DNA from: an uncultured Clostridium sp.
Lineage (GTDB): Bacteria; Bacillota; Clostridia; TANB77; CAG-465
DNA length: 30,548 bases
Assembly (NCBI GenBank): GCA_900554875.1
Contig: USJA01000001.1
Coordinates: forward strand, 1-30,548
Reading direction: 5' to 3'
A program made the translations under genes and the position numbers. Below the pieces are notes generated by a model that was not told the DNA's origin, searched no databases, and worked only from the letters and a program-made list of their open reading frames with translations. Of the stretch, positions 1-9,068 are shown piece after piece. Numbering within the stretch: the stretch's first letter is position 1; every line of letters begins with the position of its first letter.

Positions 1-68
1 TATTACCACAAAAAATATCACTAAGCAATACATATTTATTATTTTTCTAAATAAAATCATTATACATA

Positions 69-101
69 AAAGGAGGTGATATGTAAAATATCATCTCCTT
101 T
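69..101 (-). terminator. Probable intrinsic terminator of htrA
   Basis: Inverted repeat aaaggaggtgatat (69-82) / atatcatctccttt (88-101) with one mismatch, 18 nt past the htrA stop, with short T runs on both sides. Confidence 0.7.
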
Positions 102-119
102 ATTACTCTACTAATTTTA

Positions 120-1340
120 TTAATTTGAAGCTTTTGTTGTATCATCACTTTCCAAGGTTACCTGAACATCAATATCTTTGTTTTGTCTATGAACCTTTAA
201 TGTAATCTTATCTCCAACATTTTTAGTATTTTTAATTTCATTTAATTCTTCCATTGTTGTTATATCTTTTCCTTCTATTCCTGTTATAACATCACCTTTT
301 TGAAGTCCTGCTTTAGAAGCTGGAGAATCTGATACAACTTGTGCTACATATACACCTTGTGGTAAATTATTCATTTTAGCTGTAGTTTCATCTACATTTA
401 TACCTGATACACCAATATATGGTCTTACTATTTTTTTATCTTTTATAAGTTTATTAATTATATCAACTGCATCATCACTAGGAATTGCAAATCCAAGACC
501 TTCTACAGATGTACCACTAAGTGAAGATCCTATTTTTACAGTATTTATACCTACTACTTGACCTTTTGAATTTACTAATGCACCACCACTATTTCCAGGA
601 TTAATTGCTGCGTCTGTTTGAATTAATTTGTATGTTCTACCACTAGTTGTTATTTTTCTATTTAAAGCAGATATATAACCTACTGTAACACTGCCAGCTA
701 ATTCTTGACCAAGTGGATTACCAATAGCAACTGCTATATCTCCAACTTGAAGTTCTGATGATTTACCAAATTCTGCTGCTGTAAGTCCTGTTTTTTCAAC
801 CTTAATAACAGCTAAGTCTGTTGTTTCATCATATCCAACTATACTAGCTTCAATTGTTTCATCTGAATCTGCAAGCGTAACTGAAATTTTTGCAGTTGAA
901 TCTTTTATTGCACTTTCAATTACATGATAGTTTGTAACTATGTATCCATCTTCAGAATATATAATTCCAGAACCTTCTTCACTTGATTCCTGTAATGATC
1001 CAAACATTGTTTGTGACATTGCATTAATTTTTATTCCTACGATAGATGGGCCTGCTTTTTTAGCAATAGCTACGACTGGACTGTCAGTAGCCTCTATTTT
1101 TATATTTGTAGTACTGTTGTTACTTGTATTACTAGAAGTATTATTACCACTAGATTTTGTAAGTATTGCATAAGTTAGAACACTACCTATTGCACCAGCT
1201 ATTATTGCTGTAATTACGGCCATTGCAAATATAGGTGTACCATTTCTTTTTTCCTTTATAAACATCTTTGTTTGAACACTTTTTTGATCTGTAGCTTTTT
1301 TTTCTTTAGTTACTTTTTTTCCCTCTTCATTTTCATTCAT
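120..1340 (-). CDS. htrA: HtrA/DegP-family trypsin-like serine protease with PDZ domain, membrane-anchored
   Basis: N-terminal TM helix; triad motifs TNYHVI, DLAVIK and DAAINPGNSGG; C-terminal PDZ (SPASKAGLQKGDVI); AGGAGG SD. Confidence 0.95.
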   Translation of the reverse strand: MNENEEGKKVTKEKKATDQKSVQTKMFIKEKRNGTPIFAMAVITAIIAGAIGSVLTYAILTKSSGNNTSSNTSNNSTTNIKIEATDSPVVAIAKKAGPSIVGIKINAMSQTMFGSLQESSEEGSGIIYSEDGYIVTNYHVIESAIKDSTAKISVTLADSDETIEASIVGYDETTDLAVIKVEKTGLTAAEFGKSSELQVGDIAVAIGNPLGQELAGSVTVGYISALNRKITTSGRTYKLIQTDAAINPGNSGGALVNSKGQVVGINTVKIGSSLSGTSVEGLGFAIPSDDAVDIINKLIKDKKIVRPYIGVSGINVDETTAKMNNLPQGVYVAQVVSDSPASKAGLQKGDVITGIEGKDITTMEELNEIKNTKNVGDKITLKVHRQNKDIDVQVTLESDDTTKASN

Positions 1341-1370
1341 ATTATCCCTCCTAAAAAAATATATAATAAA

Positions 1371-2621
1371 TTAAAAACTATTTTTTCCCGCAGCAACACC
1401 AGTTGAAAAAGCAATTTGCAAGTTAAATCCTCCTGTATATGCATCTATATCCAATAATTCACCTGCAACATATACTCCCTTTACTATTTTTGATTCCATA
1501 GTTTTTGGATTTATTTCCTTTACATTTACTCCGCCAGATGTTATTATTGCCATATCAAGTGGCATAAAACCAGAAATATTTATTTTTAGATTTTTAATTA
1601 GCTTAGTTAAATTTTCTCTTTGTTCCTTTGTTATTTGGTGAACCTTTTTGTCTTGGTCTATCTTAGACAATCTAATTATAGGTTGTATTAATTTTTGAGG
1701 TAAAAGATCATTTAAAGAATTTTTAAATTCTTTGTTAATATACTTTTCAAAATCTCGTTGTATTCTTTTATCTAATACCTCTAAACTTAACGCAGGTTTT
1801 AAATCAATTACCAATTCAATTTCCTTTTTACTTAGCTTTTCTTTAATATTTTTAACTGTATTTAATTTACTACTTGCACTTAATACTACAGGCCCTGTAA
1901 CACCAAAGTGTGAAAACATCATTTCTCCAAAGTCACTATATATTATTTTATTATTTGTTTTATCTATAACATTAATTTTAACATTTCTAAGTGAAAGTCC
2001 TTGTAATTCTTTACATATTTTATCTTCAGATTTTAAAGGAACAAGTCCAGGTTTTATTTCTTTTATACTATGCCCTAGTTTTTCAAGCAAGATATATCCA
2101 TCTCCTGTACTTCCTGTTGATGAATAGCTTTTTCCACCTGTTGCTATAATACATTTATCACAAGCAATTTCAGTACCATTTTCTAGTTTAACTCCTGATA
2201 CCTTTTCATTTTCAGTTATAATTTCTACAACTCTAGAATTATATTTAATCTCAACATTTTCCTTCTTTAACTTATTTTTTAATGCATTAACAATATCCAT
2301 TGCATTATCACTTACTGGGAAAATTCTTCCTCCTCTTTCTATCTTAGTTTTAACACCTAAGCTATTAAAAAAATCTATAACATCCTTATTGTTAAAATTT
2401 GAAAAAGAGCTATACATAAATTTGAAATTATTAACAATGTTATTTCTAAAATCGTCTTCATTTCCATCAAATGTTAGATTACATCTTCCCTTTCCAGTTA
2501 TTTTTAATTTATTTCCAAGTGAACCATTCTTTTCAATTAATATTACATGATTTCTTTCTTTTGCTGATGTTATTGCAGCCATCATACCTGCAGCTCCACC
2601 ACCAATTACAACAACTTTCAT
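1371..2621 (-). CDS. HI0933/YhiN/BaiN-family NAD(P)/FAD-dependent oxidoreductase
   Basis: GGGAAG dinucleotide-binding motif, KITGKGRCNLT, ATGG.SY..TGSTGDG, GELLDIDAYTGGFNLQIAFSTG. Confidence 0.93.
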   Translation of the reverse strand: MKVVVIGGGAAGMMAAITSAKERNHVILIEKNGSLGNKLKITGKGRCNLTFDGNEDDFRNNIVNNFKFMYSSFSNFNNKDVIDFFNSLGVKTKIERGGRIFPVSDNAMDIVNALKNKLKKENVEIKYNSRVVEIITENEKVSGVKLENGTEIACDKCIIATGGKSYSSTGSTGDGYILLEKLGHSIKEIKPGLVPLKSEDKICKELQGLSLRNVKINVIDKTNNKIIYSDFGEMMFSHFGVTGPVVLSASSKLNTVKNIKEKLSKKEIELVIDLKPALSLEVLDKRIQRDFEKYINKEFKNSLNDLLPQKLIQPIIRLSKIDQDKKVHQITKEQRENLTKLIKNLKINISGFMPLDMAIITSGGVNVKEINPKTMESKIVKGVYVAGELLDIDAYTGGFNLQIAFSTGVAAGKNSF

Positions 2622-3889
2622 CTTTTCTCCTTATCAATGATTTTAGATACTGCACTACATATTGCAAGTTTAGCAGATTCATATGTTAGTGCTCCTTGCA
2701 TATATGCAACATATGGTGCACGTATTGGTGAGTCTGCAGAAAGCTCTATTGAGGCCCCTTCTATGAAAGTTCCTGCAGCCATTATAACATTATCATCGTA
2801 GCCTGGCATTGCCCACGGTTCTGGTGTTACATGACTATCTATTGGACTTTCATTTTGTATTTGTTGTATAAATGTTATTAATTTATCTTTATCATTAAAC
2901 TTTATAGCTTGAACTATATCTGATCTTTTATCAAAAGCTGATGGATATACCTCAAATCCTTGTTCTTCTAACATTTTTGAAGCAAATACTGCTGATTTCA
3001 TTGCATTTTTTACAATAGATGGTGATATGAAGAATCCTTGTAATATATTTCTATTTTGGTCTAATGTTGCTCCGCATTCTTTACCAATTCCAGGACAAGT
3101 GAGCTTTTCTGAACACCTTTTTATAATTTCACTATCTCCAGCTATATATCCACCTGTTTCACATAATCCACCACCTGGATTCTTGATTAGACTTCCACAT
3201 ACTACATTTACTCCAACATCAGTTGGTTCAAGTTTTTCCGTAAATTCACCGTAACAATTGTCTACCATTATTATTACATCTTTATCTATATTTCGTATAT
3301 GTTCTACTACATTTTTTATATCATCTATGCAAAGTGATTTTCTAAGAGCATACCCCTTTGATCTTTGAATATGTATTAGTTTTACTTTATTTTTCTTTAA
3401 GTACTCTTCTATTTTTTGTATATCAAAATTTCCATCTTCTTTTAAATTAATTTCGTCATATTTTACTCCATAAGATAGTAAAGATAAAGGATTATTAGAA
3501 AGCCCTATAACCTCACATAAAGTATCATATGGTCTTCCACTTATTGCAAGTAATGTATCACTAGGCATAAGTAATGCTTGAAGAACTGTAGCAATTGTAT
3601 GTGTGCCATTGACAAATTGTACTCTTACTAAACTATCTTCTGTATGAAATACATCTTTGTATATTTTTTCTATTACTTCTCTTCCTGCATCATCGTATCC
3701 ATACCCTGTTGTTTTATTCATATGCATTGTTGATACTTTGTTGTCTTTAAATGCTTTTAATACTTTTGCTTGATTATACAGTGCTGTTTCTTCTATTTCA
3801 TCAAATACAAGTTTTATACTCTCTTCAACTTCTTTTGATTTTAATAGTACATCACTAGATATATTAAACATTTTTTCTATGTTATCCAT
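2618..3889 (-). CDS. Methionine gamma-lyase family / YnbB-like ('aluminium resistance') PLP-dependent protein
   Basis: Motifs TGYGYDD.GRE, IQRSKGY, VDNCYGEF, GSLIKNPGGG, AAGTFIEGASIELSAD; ATGA overlap with the next gene. Confidence 0.9.
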   Translation of the reverse strand: MDNIEKMFNISSDVLLKSKEVEESIKLVFDEIEETALYNQAKVLKAFKDNKVSTMHMNKTTGYGYDDAGREVIEKIYKDVFHTEDSLVRVQFVNGTHTIATVLQALLMPSDTLLAISGRPYDTLCEVIGLSNNPLSLLSYGVKYDEINLKEDGNFDIQKIEEYLKKNKVKLIHIQRSKGYALRKSLCIDDIKNVVEHIRNIDKDVIIMVDNCYGEFTEKLEPTDVGVNVVCGSLIKNPGGGLCETGGYIAGDSEIIKRCSEKLTCPGIGKECGATLDQNRNILQGFFISPSIVKNAMKSAVFASKMLEEQGFEVYPSAFDKRSDIVQAIKFNDKDKLITFIQQIQNESPIDSHVTPEPWAMPGYDDNVIMAAGTFIEGASIELSADSPIRAPYVAYMQGALTYESAKLAICSAVSKIIDKEKR

Positions 3890-3978
3890 TTTTTACCACC
3901 ATAAGCATTATACCACAAATGATAATTATTGTGAATATACTAAACTTAATTTCACTAAAATTTCACCATGTAAACATA

Positions 3979-4008
3979 AAAGAGTACACATAAAAATGTG
4001 TACTCTTT
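3979..4008 (-). terminator. Intrinsic terminator of the 61-aa gene
   Basis: Perfect 13-bp inverted repeat aaagagtacacat / atgtgtactcttt directly after the stop at 4013. Confidence 0.8.
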
Positions 4009-4012
4009 ACAA

Positions 4013-4198
4013 CTATATACTATTTATTATATTTAATAGTATATTACGAATTGTTTCATTATCTTTTACAATATTAAACTCTTCGTCAACTATTAAAAAG
4101 ATATCTTCATCGCTTAGTATATAATATTTTTGGTTTTGGGAATTTATAGTCCCAATTATCTCCATTTCTATTTCTTTGCCATCCTTAATAACAAACAT
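4013..4198 (-). CDS. Small protein, possibly a minimal DUF1292-like paralogue
   Basis: AGGAGG SD, own consensus promoter and terminator; DGKEIEMEIIGTINSQNQKYYIL resembles EGNDVKFEIIDVVTLDDEREFLIV of the neighbouring DUF1292 protein. Confidence 0.75.
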   Translation of the reverse strand: MFVIKDGKEIEMEIIGTINSQNQKYYILSDEDIFLIVDEEFNIVKDNETIRNILLNIINSI

Positions 4199-4254
4199 TT
4201 TGGATTCCTCCTAAAAATTAATAATATTTTTGAATTTATATTTCAACTATATAT

Positions 4255-4283
4255 ATTATACAACATTTTTGAACACTTGTCAA
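4255..4283 (-). promoter_or_regulatory. Sigma-A consensus promoter for the 61-aa gene
   Basis: TTGACA (4283-4278), 17-nt spacer, TATAAT (4260-4255). Confidence 0.85.
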
Positions 4284-4456
4284 CTTTTCTGTGATGTTAA
4301 TAATTAACCAACATATTAAGTTTATAATTATTAATTTAACTATATGACCTAACTAATCTTTCAAAAGCATACTATGTATGCTCTATTACCATGTAATAAA
4401 AATTATGACATGGTAATTTCTATATTATACTTAAAATCGATTTTTCCTATAATACA

Positions 4457-4487
4457 AAAAAGAGATGATTTTTAATCATCCCTTTTT
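4457..4487 (-). terminator. Intrinsic terminator (possibly bidirectional) after ireB-ruvX-DUF1292
   Basis: Hairpin aaaaagagatgatt / aatcatcccttttt with T tracts on both strands, about 25 nt past the stop. Confidence 0.75.
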
Positions 4488-4511
4488 AGCTTACTTTTAT
4501 TAATTTTTAAA

Positions 4512-4871
4512 TTATTCCATGTCTTCAAGATCTTCTTGGTTTTTAGTAAATTCATCAAATACTTTTTTACCTAATTTTTCATCAGTAACTGTATCATATA
4601 CCTCTTCACCATCAACTTCTTTGATCTCAAGAATTGTTACTTCTACATCATCTTCTTCGTTTCTATCTGCCTCAGCTACAATTAAAAATTCTCTTTCATC
4701 ATCAAGCGTAACCACATCAATAATTTCAAATTTAACATCGTTTCCTTCTTCGTCTGTTAGAGTAACTATTGGACTTATATCATCTGGAAGACCTTCTCCA
4801 AAATGATCATGTCCACAACCTGCACAAGAATCACATCCTGCTGCACATCCATTTAATTCTTCTTTATCCAT
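4512..4871 (-). CDS. DUF1292 domain protein with N-terminal Cys/His-rich motif
   Basis: Acidic IVTLTDEEGNDVKFEIID...VFDEF pattern; typical position after ruvX; AAGGAGG SD. Confidence 0.85.
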   Translation of the reverse strand: MDKEELNGCAAGCDSCAGCGHDHFGEGLPDDISPIVTLTDEEGNDVKFEIIDVVTLDDEREFLIVAEADRNEEDDVEVTILEIKEVDGEEVYDTVTDEKLGKKVFDEFTKNQEDLEDME

Positions 4872-4897
4872 ATTTTTTCCTCCTTTTATATTTAAAA

Positions 4898-5311
4898 CTA
4901 TAAACTGTTTAAATATCCTTCTAATATGTATGTAGCTGCTAATTTATCTGCATATGTATTTTTTTTCTTCTGAGAAATATTAAGCTTTCTCATAGTTTTG
5001 TATGCAGAAACAGTAGTAAGTCTTTCATCCCACTTAACAATTTCAATATCTACTTTTTCTTTTAGCAAAGAAATAATTTCGTCAACTTTTTTTGTCTTAT
5101 CAGACATTGTACCATTCATGTTTTTAGGATAACCAAATACTATAGTTGTTATACCATATTCTTTGATTAAGTTTTTTATATGATTTATTAACTTTTTTGT
5201 ACTATTGTTTATTACAAGTGTATCTAATCCTTGAGCCGTTATATTCAGCTCATCTGAAATAGCTAGTCCTACTCTTACGTCTCCGTAATCTATACCTAAA
5301 ATTCTACTCAT
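4898..5311 (-). CDS. ruvX: YqgF/RuvX nuclease (putative pre-16S rRNA nuclease / Holliday junction resolvase)
   Basis: RILGIDYGDVRVGLAISD, GYPKNMNG, WDERLTT, D.LAA..IL..YL. Confidence 0.95.
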   Translation of the reverse strand: MSRILGIDYGDVRVGLAISDELNITAQGLDTLVINNSTKKLINHIKNLIKEYGITTIVFGYPKNMNGTMSDKTKKVDEIISLLKEKVDIEIVKWDERLTTVSAYKTMRKLNISQKKKNTYADKLAATYILEGYLNSL

Positions 5312-5317
5312 AATTGC

Positions 5318-5563
5318 CTATAAATCTAGATATTTTTTTATCATTTCTTGTAATAAATCATCTCTTTCAATTTTACAGATTAATGCTCTTGCATTTTGGT
5401 GTGATGTAATATATGTTGGGTCACCTGATAATATGTACCCTATTATTTGACTAACGGGTTCATATCCCTTATCTTTAAGGGCGGCAACAACTTGTTCCAT
5501 TATTTCTTTTACTCTTTTTGATTCATCTTTTTGTGGTTTAAAAACTGTTGTATTTTGATCCAT
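5318..5563 (-). CDS. ireB: IreB/ReoM-family regulatory phosphoprotein (UPF0297)
   Basis: ALKDKGYEPVSQIIGYILSGDPTYITSH.NAR; I moved the start to ATG 5563 because it follows an AAGGAG SD. Confidence 0.93.
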   Translation of the reverse strand: MDQNTTVFKPQKDESKRVKEIMEQVVAALKDKGYEPVSQIIGYILSGDPTYITSHQNARALICKIERDDLLQEMIKKYLDL

Positions 5564-5620
5564 AAAAATCACTCCTTTTTTTATTATACTACATTATTTT
5601 AAAAATAATGATTAATATAA

Positions 5621-6694
5621 CTAAATTATTTTTATTGTATTAGTAGCATTCATTCCATCTATATATTCTACCATTTTTTCTATTTCAGTATCCATATCAT
5701 TTTGATTTTTTACTGTGTGTAACAATAATTGTGCTGATATTGTAATCTTTTCTTCTCCCACATATTCACTCTCAAGATTTAATTTAGCAAGCATTCTTTC
5801 AACTAGTGGTTGTGCTGCTTGAGCAGTCATATTTGGGAAAATTACTAAAAATTTAATTCCACTGTATCTTATTAGTATAACATTCTTATTTACGAAATTT
5901 TTTATACAGTTTGTAGCTTTTATAAGAACAGCATTACCAACATTTCTGCCATATTTATCATTTACCTCCGGTATATTTTTTAGACATACCATAGCTACAG
6001 CATTATTTTCATTATTTTTTACAATTTTTCTTGCACCTGAATACAAATATAAGTTTGTATAAAAACCTGTTTGTTTATCAAGATTTTGTGCTTGTTCAAT
6101 TGATTTTTGAAATTCAACTACGTCTAAGAATATACCAATGTTTGCTTTTATTTTTGCAAGAACTGCTTTAGGTATTCCATCGAACGCGTTAGGCATTGTA
6201 TCTTCTAATAACCAAAAGCCTAAATATACTCCGTTACAATATATTGGAGAAAACATTGCCGATTTTATTCTTCTTTCTACAGCACTTCTATATAATAAAT
6301 TTTTTCCAGATGATGTTGTTAAATATTTTGAAACATTTTTTGATATATTTGTTTTAAAATCACTTTCAAATGCTATATCTTTTATTCTTTCTTTATATGT
6401 ATCCTCTATATTACTTGCTGTTGAATCATACTCATAACCGTCAAAAGTTGAAATTGTAGAATATTTAACACCATAATTAGTTATTATTACATTGTTTAAA
6501 GTTTTAATCTTGTCTTCTGCAGACAATTTTGAACTCATTATTTCTAACATGTTTTGTAATATATTCATATTAGCTACATTTTTTGAAACTGTTTTTAACT
6601 GATTAATTTGTCTTTTTTGAACAGAAAAAGCAATAATAGATACAGCTAAAATTCCTAAAATGACAATTATTAAAGCTATAATCAAAATTTCCAT
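5621..6694 (-). CDS. Membrane-anchored GAF-like plus degenerate GGDEF-domain protein
   Basis: N-terminal TM; GAF-like IKSAMFSPI...YLGFWLLE; GGDEF-fold motifs DKQTGFYT and VNDKYGRNVGNAVL, with the active-site loop RYSGIKF in place of RYGGDEF. Confidence 0.75.
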   Translation of the reverse strand: MEILIIALIIVILGILAVSIIAFSVQKRQINQLKTVSKNVANMNILQNMLEIMSSKLSAEDKIKTLNNVIITNYGVKYSTISTFDGYEYDSTASNIEDTYKERIKDIAFESDFKTNISKNVSKYLTTSSGKNLLYRSAVERRIKSAMFSPIYCNGVYLGFWLLEDTMPNAFDGIPKAVLAKIKANIGIFLDVVEFQKSIEQAQNLDKQTGFYTNLYLYSGARKIVKNNENNAVAMVCLKNIPEVNDKYGRNVGNAVLIKATNCIKNFVNKNVILIRYSGIKFLVIFPNMTAQAAQPLVERMLAKLNLESEYVGEEKITISAQLLLHTVKNQNDMDTEIEKMVEYIDGMNATNTIKII

Positions 6695-6723
6695 TAAATC
6701 AAAACCTCTCTTTTTAACTTTAG

Positions 6724-8499
6724 TTATTTTACTTCTTTTTCATATACATTTTCATTTGAATTTCTATAACTTCCACCTGATTTTTTAGAAAACAAACTAA
6801 ATGAATTTTTCTTTTTAGGTGTCTTATATGAATTTCTAGGACTTGAGCTTCCTCCAATAGGATATATGGCATTTATTATCTTTAATAAATCAGATCTAAA
6901 TTCATCTGTAAATGTAGAAAATTTATTTGTATATTTATATAGCATTTCTATATATTTTGTGTAATTTTCTTGATCAAATGGTAATATATAGTATGGAATT
7001 GTAGCAGAATTAAATAATTCATCAAACATTTTTAAATCATAGCTTGTATATGTAGCAATTCCATCAATAATATCTTTTGCTGTTAAAGTACATCTTACGT
7101 GTTTGTTTATTATTATTCTTATTTTATTCATCGGAACGCCATGAGATTTTAGTTCTCTTAAGAACATTGTAGTTTGAGATATATTTAAAACATTCATATC
7201 CTGAACTAGATATATTTCTTGACAAAGCCTAAAGAAATCATATGGTGTTGTAAAATCTGTATCAATTAATACAACATTATTATTTTGCATTATTGTATCT
7301 ACAGCAACACTTGCATTATATTGTTTTCTATCATCACCAGGCATTCCTGTATATACACTTAATTTTTCATATATAAGTGGTTCATTTAATCCGTTTGATG
7401 CATATTTTAAACTTTCTGCTGCAATTGCTCTTTTCCCTTCATTGTCATAAGTGTATATTGTATATGTATCTCTTTTTCTTGTAACATCACATATTGCAGT
7501 TTTTATACCATTTCTTGCAAGATATGTACCTATACCATTTATACAAAATGTTGTTCCAGATTTTGGAGCACCAACAAAGCATACTATTTTCTTGTAATCC
7601 TTTGGAACTTCAAATACATTTTTTACAACTTCTTTTTCTATTACCTTAGTTACAACTGGTGCAGGCGTTGGAACCTTTTGAACTACTATTTTTTCAATAA
7701 TTTCAGGTTCTTTTTTTATTTGTATCGCATTTGCATCTTTTTCAACGATTTTCTTTTGTGGCTTTACACGTTCATTCTTTTTTTCAACAGTTGTTTCAAC
7801 ATTTGGTTGTTGTTCAACTTCAACTGTCTGAGTAGCCACTCCAAGACTTTTATATTTTTCATTGTTAAATGCTAAGTATTGTTTAACATCAGCTGGTAAA
7901 AAATTAGTAATAACTTTTAATTGTTCATCTGTATACTGAGCTGCTATTCTATCAAATATTTCGTTATATTTATCTGGAACACCATTTTGATTTCTATAAT
8001 ATGATATTATTCTCTGAATTTCTATTTCTGATACTTCAGCAGCGTTATATATGTTTTCACCGGCCATTTTATCATAATACTTCTTAACATCTTTCTTTTG
8101 AAATGGTCTATTAATTCCAGCAGCAACTTTTCCCTTTGTCCTATCTTGACCTGTTAGAACTGTATATATTCCAAGGTTAAATAATTTAGCTAAGAAATCA
8201 TCACCTAATTTTCTTCTATCTGATGCAACGTACACAATATTTTTTGCATCATAAACATCTGTCATAGCATCAATGTTCTTAAATAAATAGTCATCAATTT
8301 GTGCATAATTATTTGTAGGAAATTTTTCCAACTCTTCAAGAACAACTGCTCTATCATATTCACCAGTTGATAACTCTTGAATAAACTGCTTAAAATAATA
8401 CACATTTTTATATTCTATTTTCTCTTGATACTTCTGCTGATAAAACTCAGCAATTCCTTTAGCTGTATCATCATTATTTATACCAAAAAGTATTTTCAT
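6724..8499 (-). CDS. Putative CpaE/TadZ-like protein (receiver-like N-terminus, linker, ParA/MinD-like C-terminal domain)
   Basis: KIVCFVGAPKSGTT deviant P-loop, NVVLIDTD and KIRIIINK ParA-type motifs; the receiver-like N-terminus is my inference. Confidence 0.6.
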   Translation of the reverse strand: MKILFGINNDDTAKGIAEFYQQKYQEKIEYKNVYYFKQFIQELSTGEYDRAVVLEELEKFPTNNYAQIDDYLFKNIDAMTDVYDAKNIVYVASDRRKLGDDFLAKLFNLGIYTVLTGQDRTKGKVAAGINRPFQKKDVKKYYDKMAGENIYNAAEVSEIEIQRIISYYRNQNGVPDKYNEIFDRIAAQYTDEQLKVITNFLPADVKQYLAFNNEKYKSLGVATQTVEVEQQPNVETTVEKKNERVKPQKKIVEKDANAIQIKKEPEIIEKIVVQKVPTPAPVVTKVIEKEVVKNVFEVPKDYKKIVCFVGAPKSGTTFCINGIGTYLARNGIKTAICDVTRKRDTYTIYTYDNEGKRAIAAESLKYASNGLNEPLIYEKLSVYTGMPGDDRKQYNASVAVDTIMQNNNVVLIDTDFTTPYDFFRLCQEIYLVQDMNVLNISQTTMFLRELKSHGVPMNKIRIIINKHVRCTLTAKDIIDGIATYTSYDLKMFDELFNSATIPYYILPFDQENYTKYIEMLYKYTNKFSTFTDEFRSDLLKIINAIYPIGGSSSPRNSYKTPKKKNSFSLFSKKSGGSYRNSNENVYEKEVK

Positions 8500-8533
8500 A
8501 TTTCTCTCCTCTTAATTTTCATACGTTCATTTA

Positions 8534-8872
8534 TTATTTCATTATCAAAAATGCATATAAAAGTGGTAAACATTGTATAATAACCATAAAAATAGCTATA
8601 CCAATTAACAAACGTCTACCTAATATTTTATGTTCTAAAACTTCTGAACCAACAACATAAAATTGATACAAGGCATATATAAATACAAGTGTTACAACAG
8701 GCCATGAATATTTTTGTAAAAATATAAGTACCTTCATTGTCCCATCCATAATTTGATCATTTGTAAAAGTTTCTTCAGCCCCAAAAACAAAATTTGAAAC
8801 AATAGCAGAAACAATTGAAATAACCAAACATATTATAACTAATTTTTTATACCCAATACTTTTATACTCCAT
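8534..8872 (-). CDS. Small membrane protein, possibly TrbC/VirB2 pilin-like
   Basis: Signal-peptide-like N-terminus ending VFGA, then two hydrophobic helices; GAGG SD. The family call is tentative. Confidence 0.6.
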   Translation of the reverse strand: MEYKSIGYKKLVIICLVISIVSAIVSNFVFGAEETFTNDQIMDGTMKVLIFLQKYSWPVVTLVFIYALYQFYVVGSEVLEHKILGRRLLIGIAIFMVIIQCLPLLYAFLIMK

Positions 8873-8913
8873 TTTTTACCTCACATTTATTATAATTTTC
8901 TCTATACCATATA

Positions 8914-8942
8914 ATTTTACTATAAAAGTAATAAAATATCAA
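8914..8942 (-). promoter_or_regulatory. Possible sigma-A promoter for the unit starting at 8872
   Basis: TTGATA (8942-8937), 17-nt spacer, TAAAAT (8919-8914); AT-rich background makes a chance match possible. Confidence 0.4.
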
Positions 8943-9030
8943 GACATAATAACAAACTCTTTCAAAAAAATAGAAAACAATAAAATATAATAAAATATAA
9001 CAAAATAAATTAAAACAAAAAAATAAAGGC

Positions 9031-9063
9031 AAAAAAATCTCCTCATCAATTAAGATGAGGAGA
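9031..9063 (-). terminator. Intrinsic terminator of the LRR/PT-repeat gene
   Basis: Perfect 10-bp stem tctcctcatc / gatgaggaga followed by T7 on the minus strand. Confidence 0.85.
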
Positions 9064-9068
9064 ACAAT

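Noticed and set aside
69..86. Perfect SD AAAGGAGGTGAT followed by ATG TAA on the plus strand
   Set aside because: It forms one arm and the loop of the htrA terminator hairpin; a start-stop mini-ORF cannot be supported.
8960..9030. Repeated aaaat/aaaac units
   Set aside because: Low-complexity AT-rich intergenic sequence with no consistent period.
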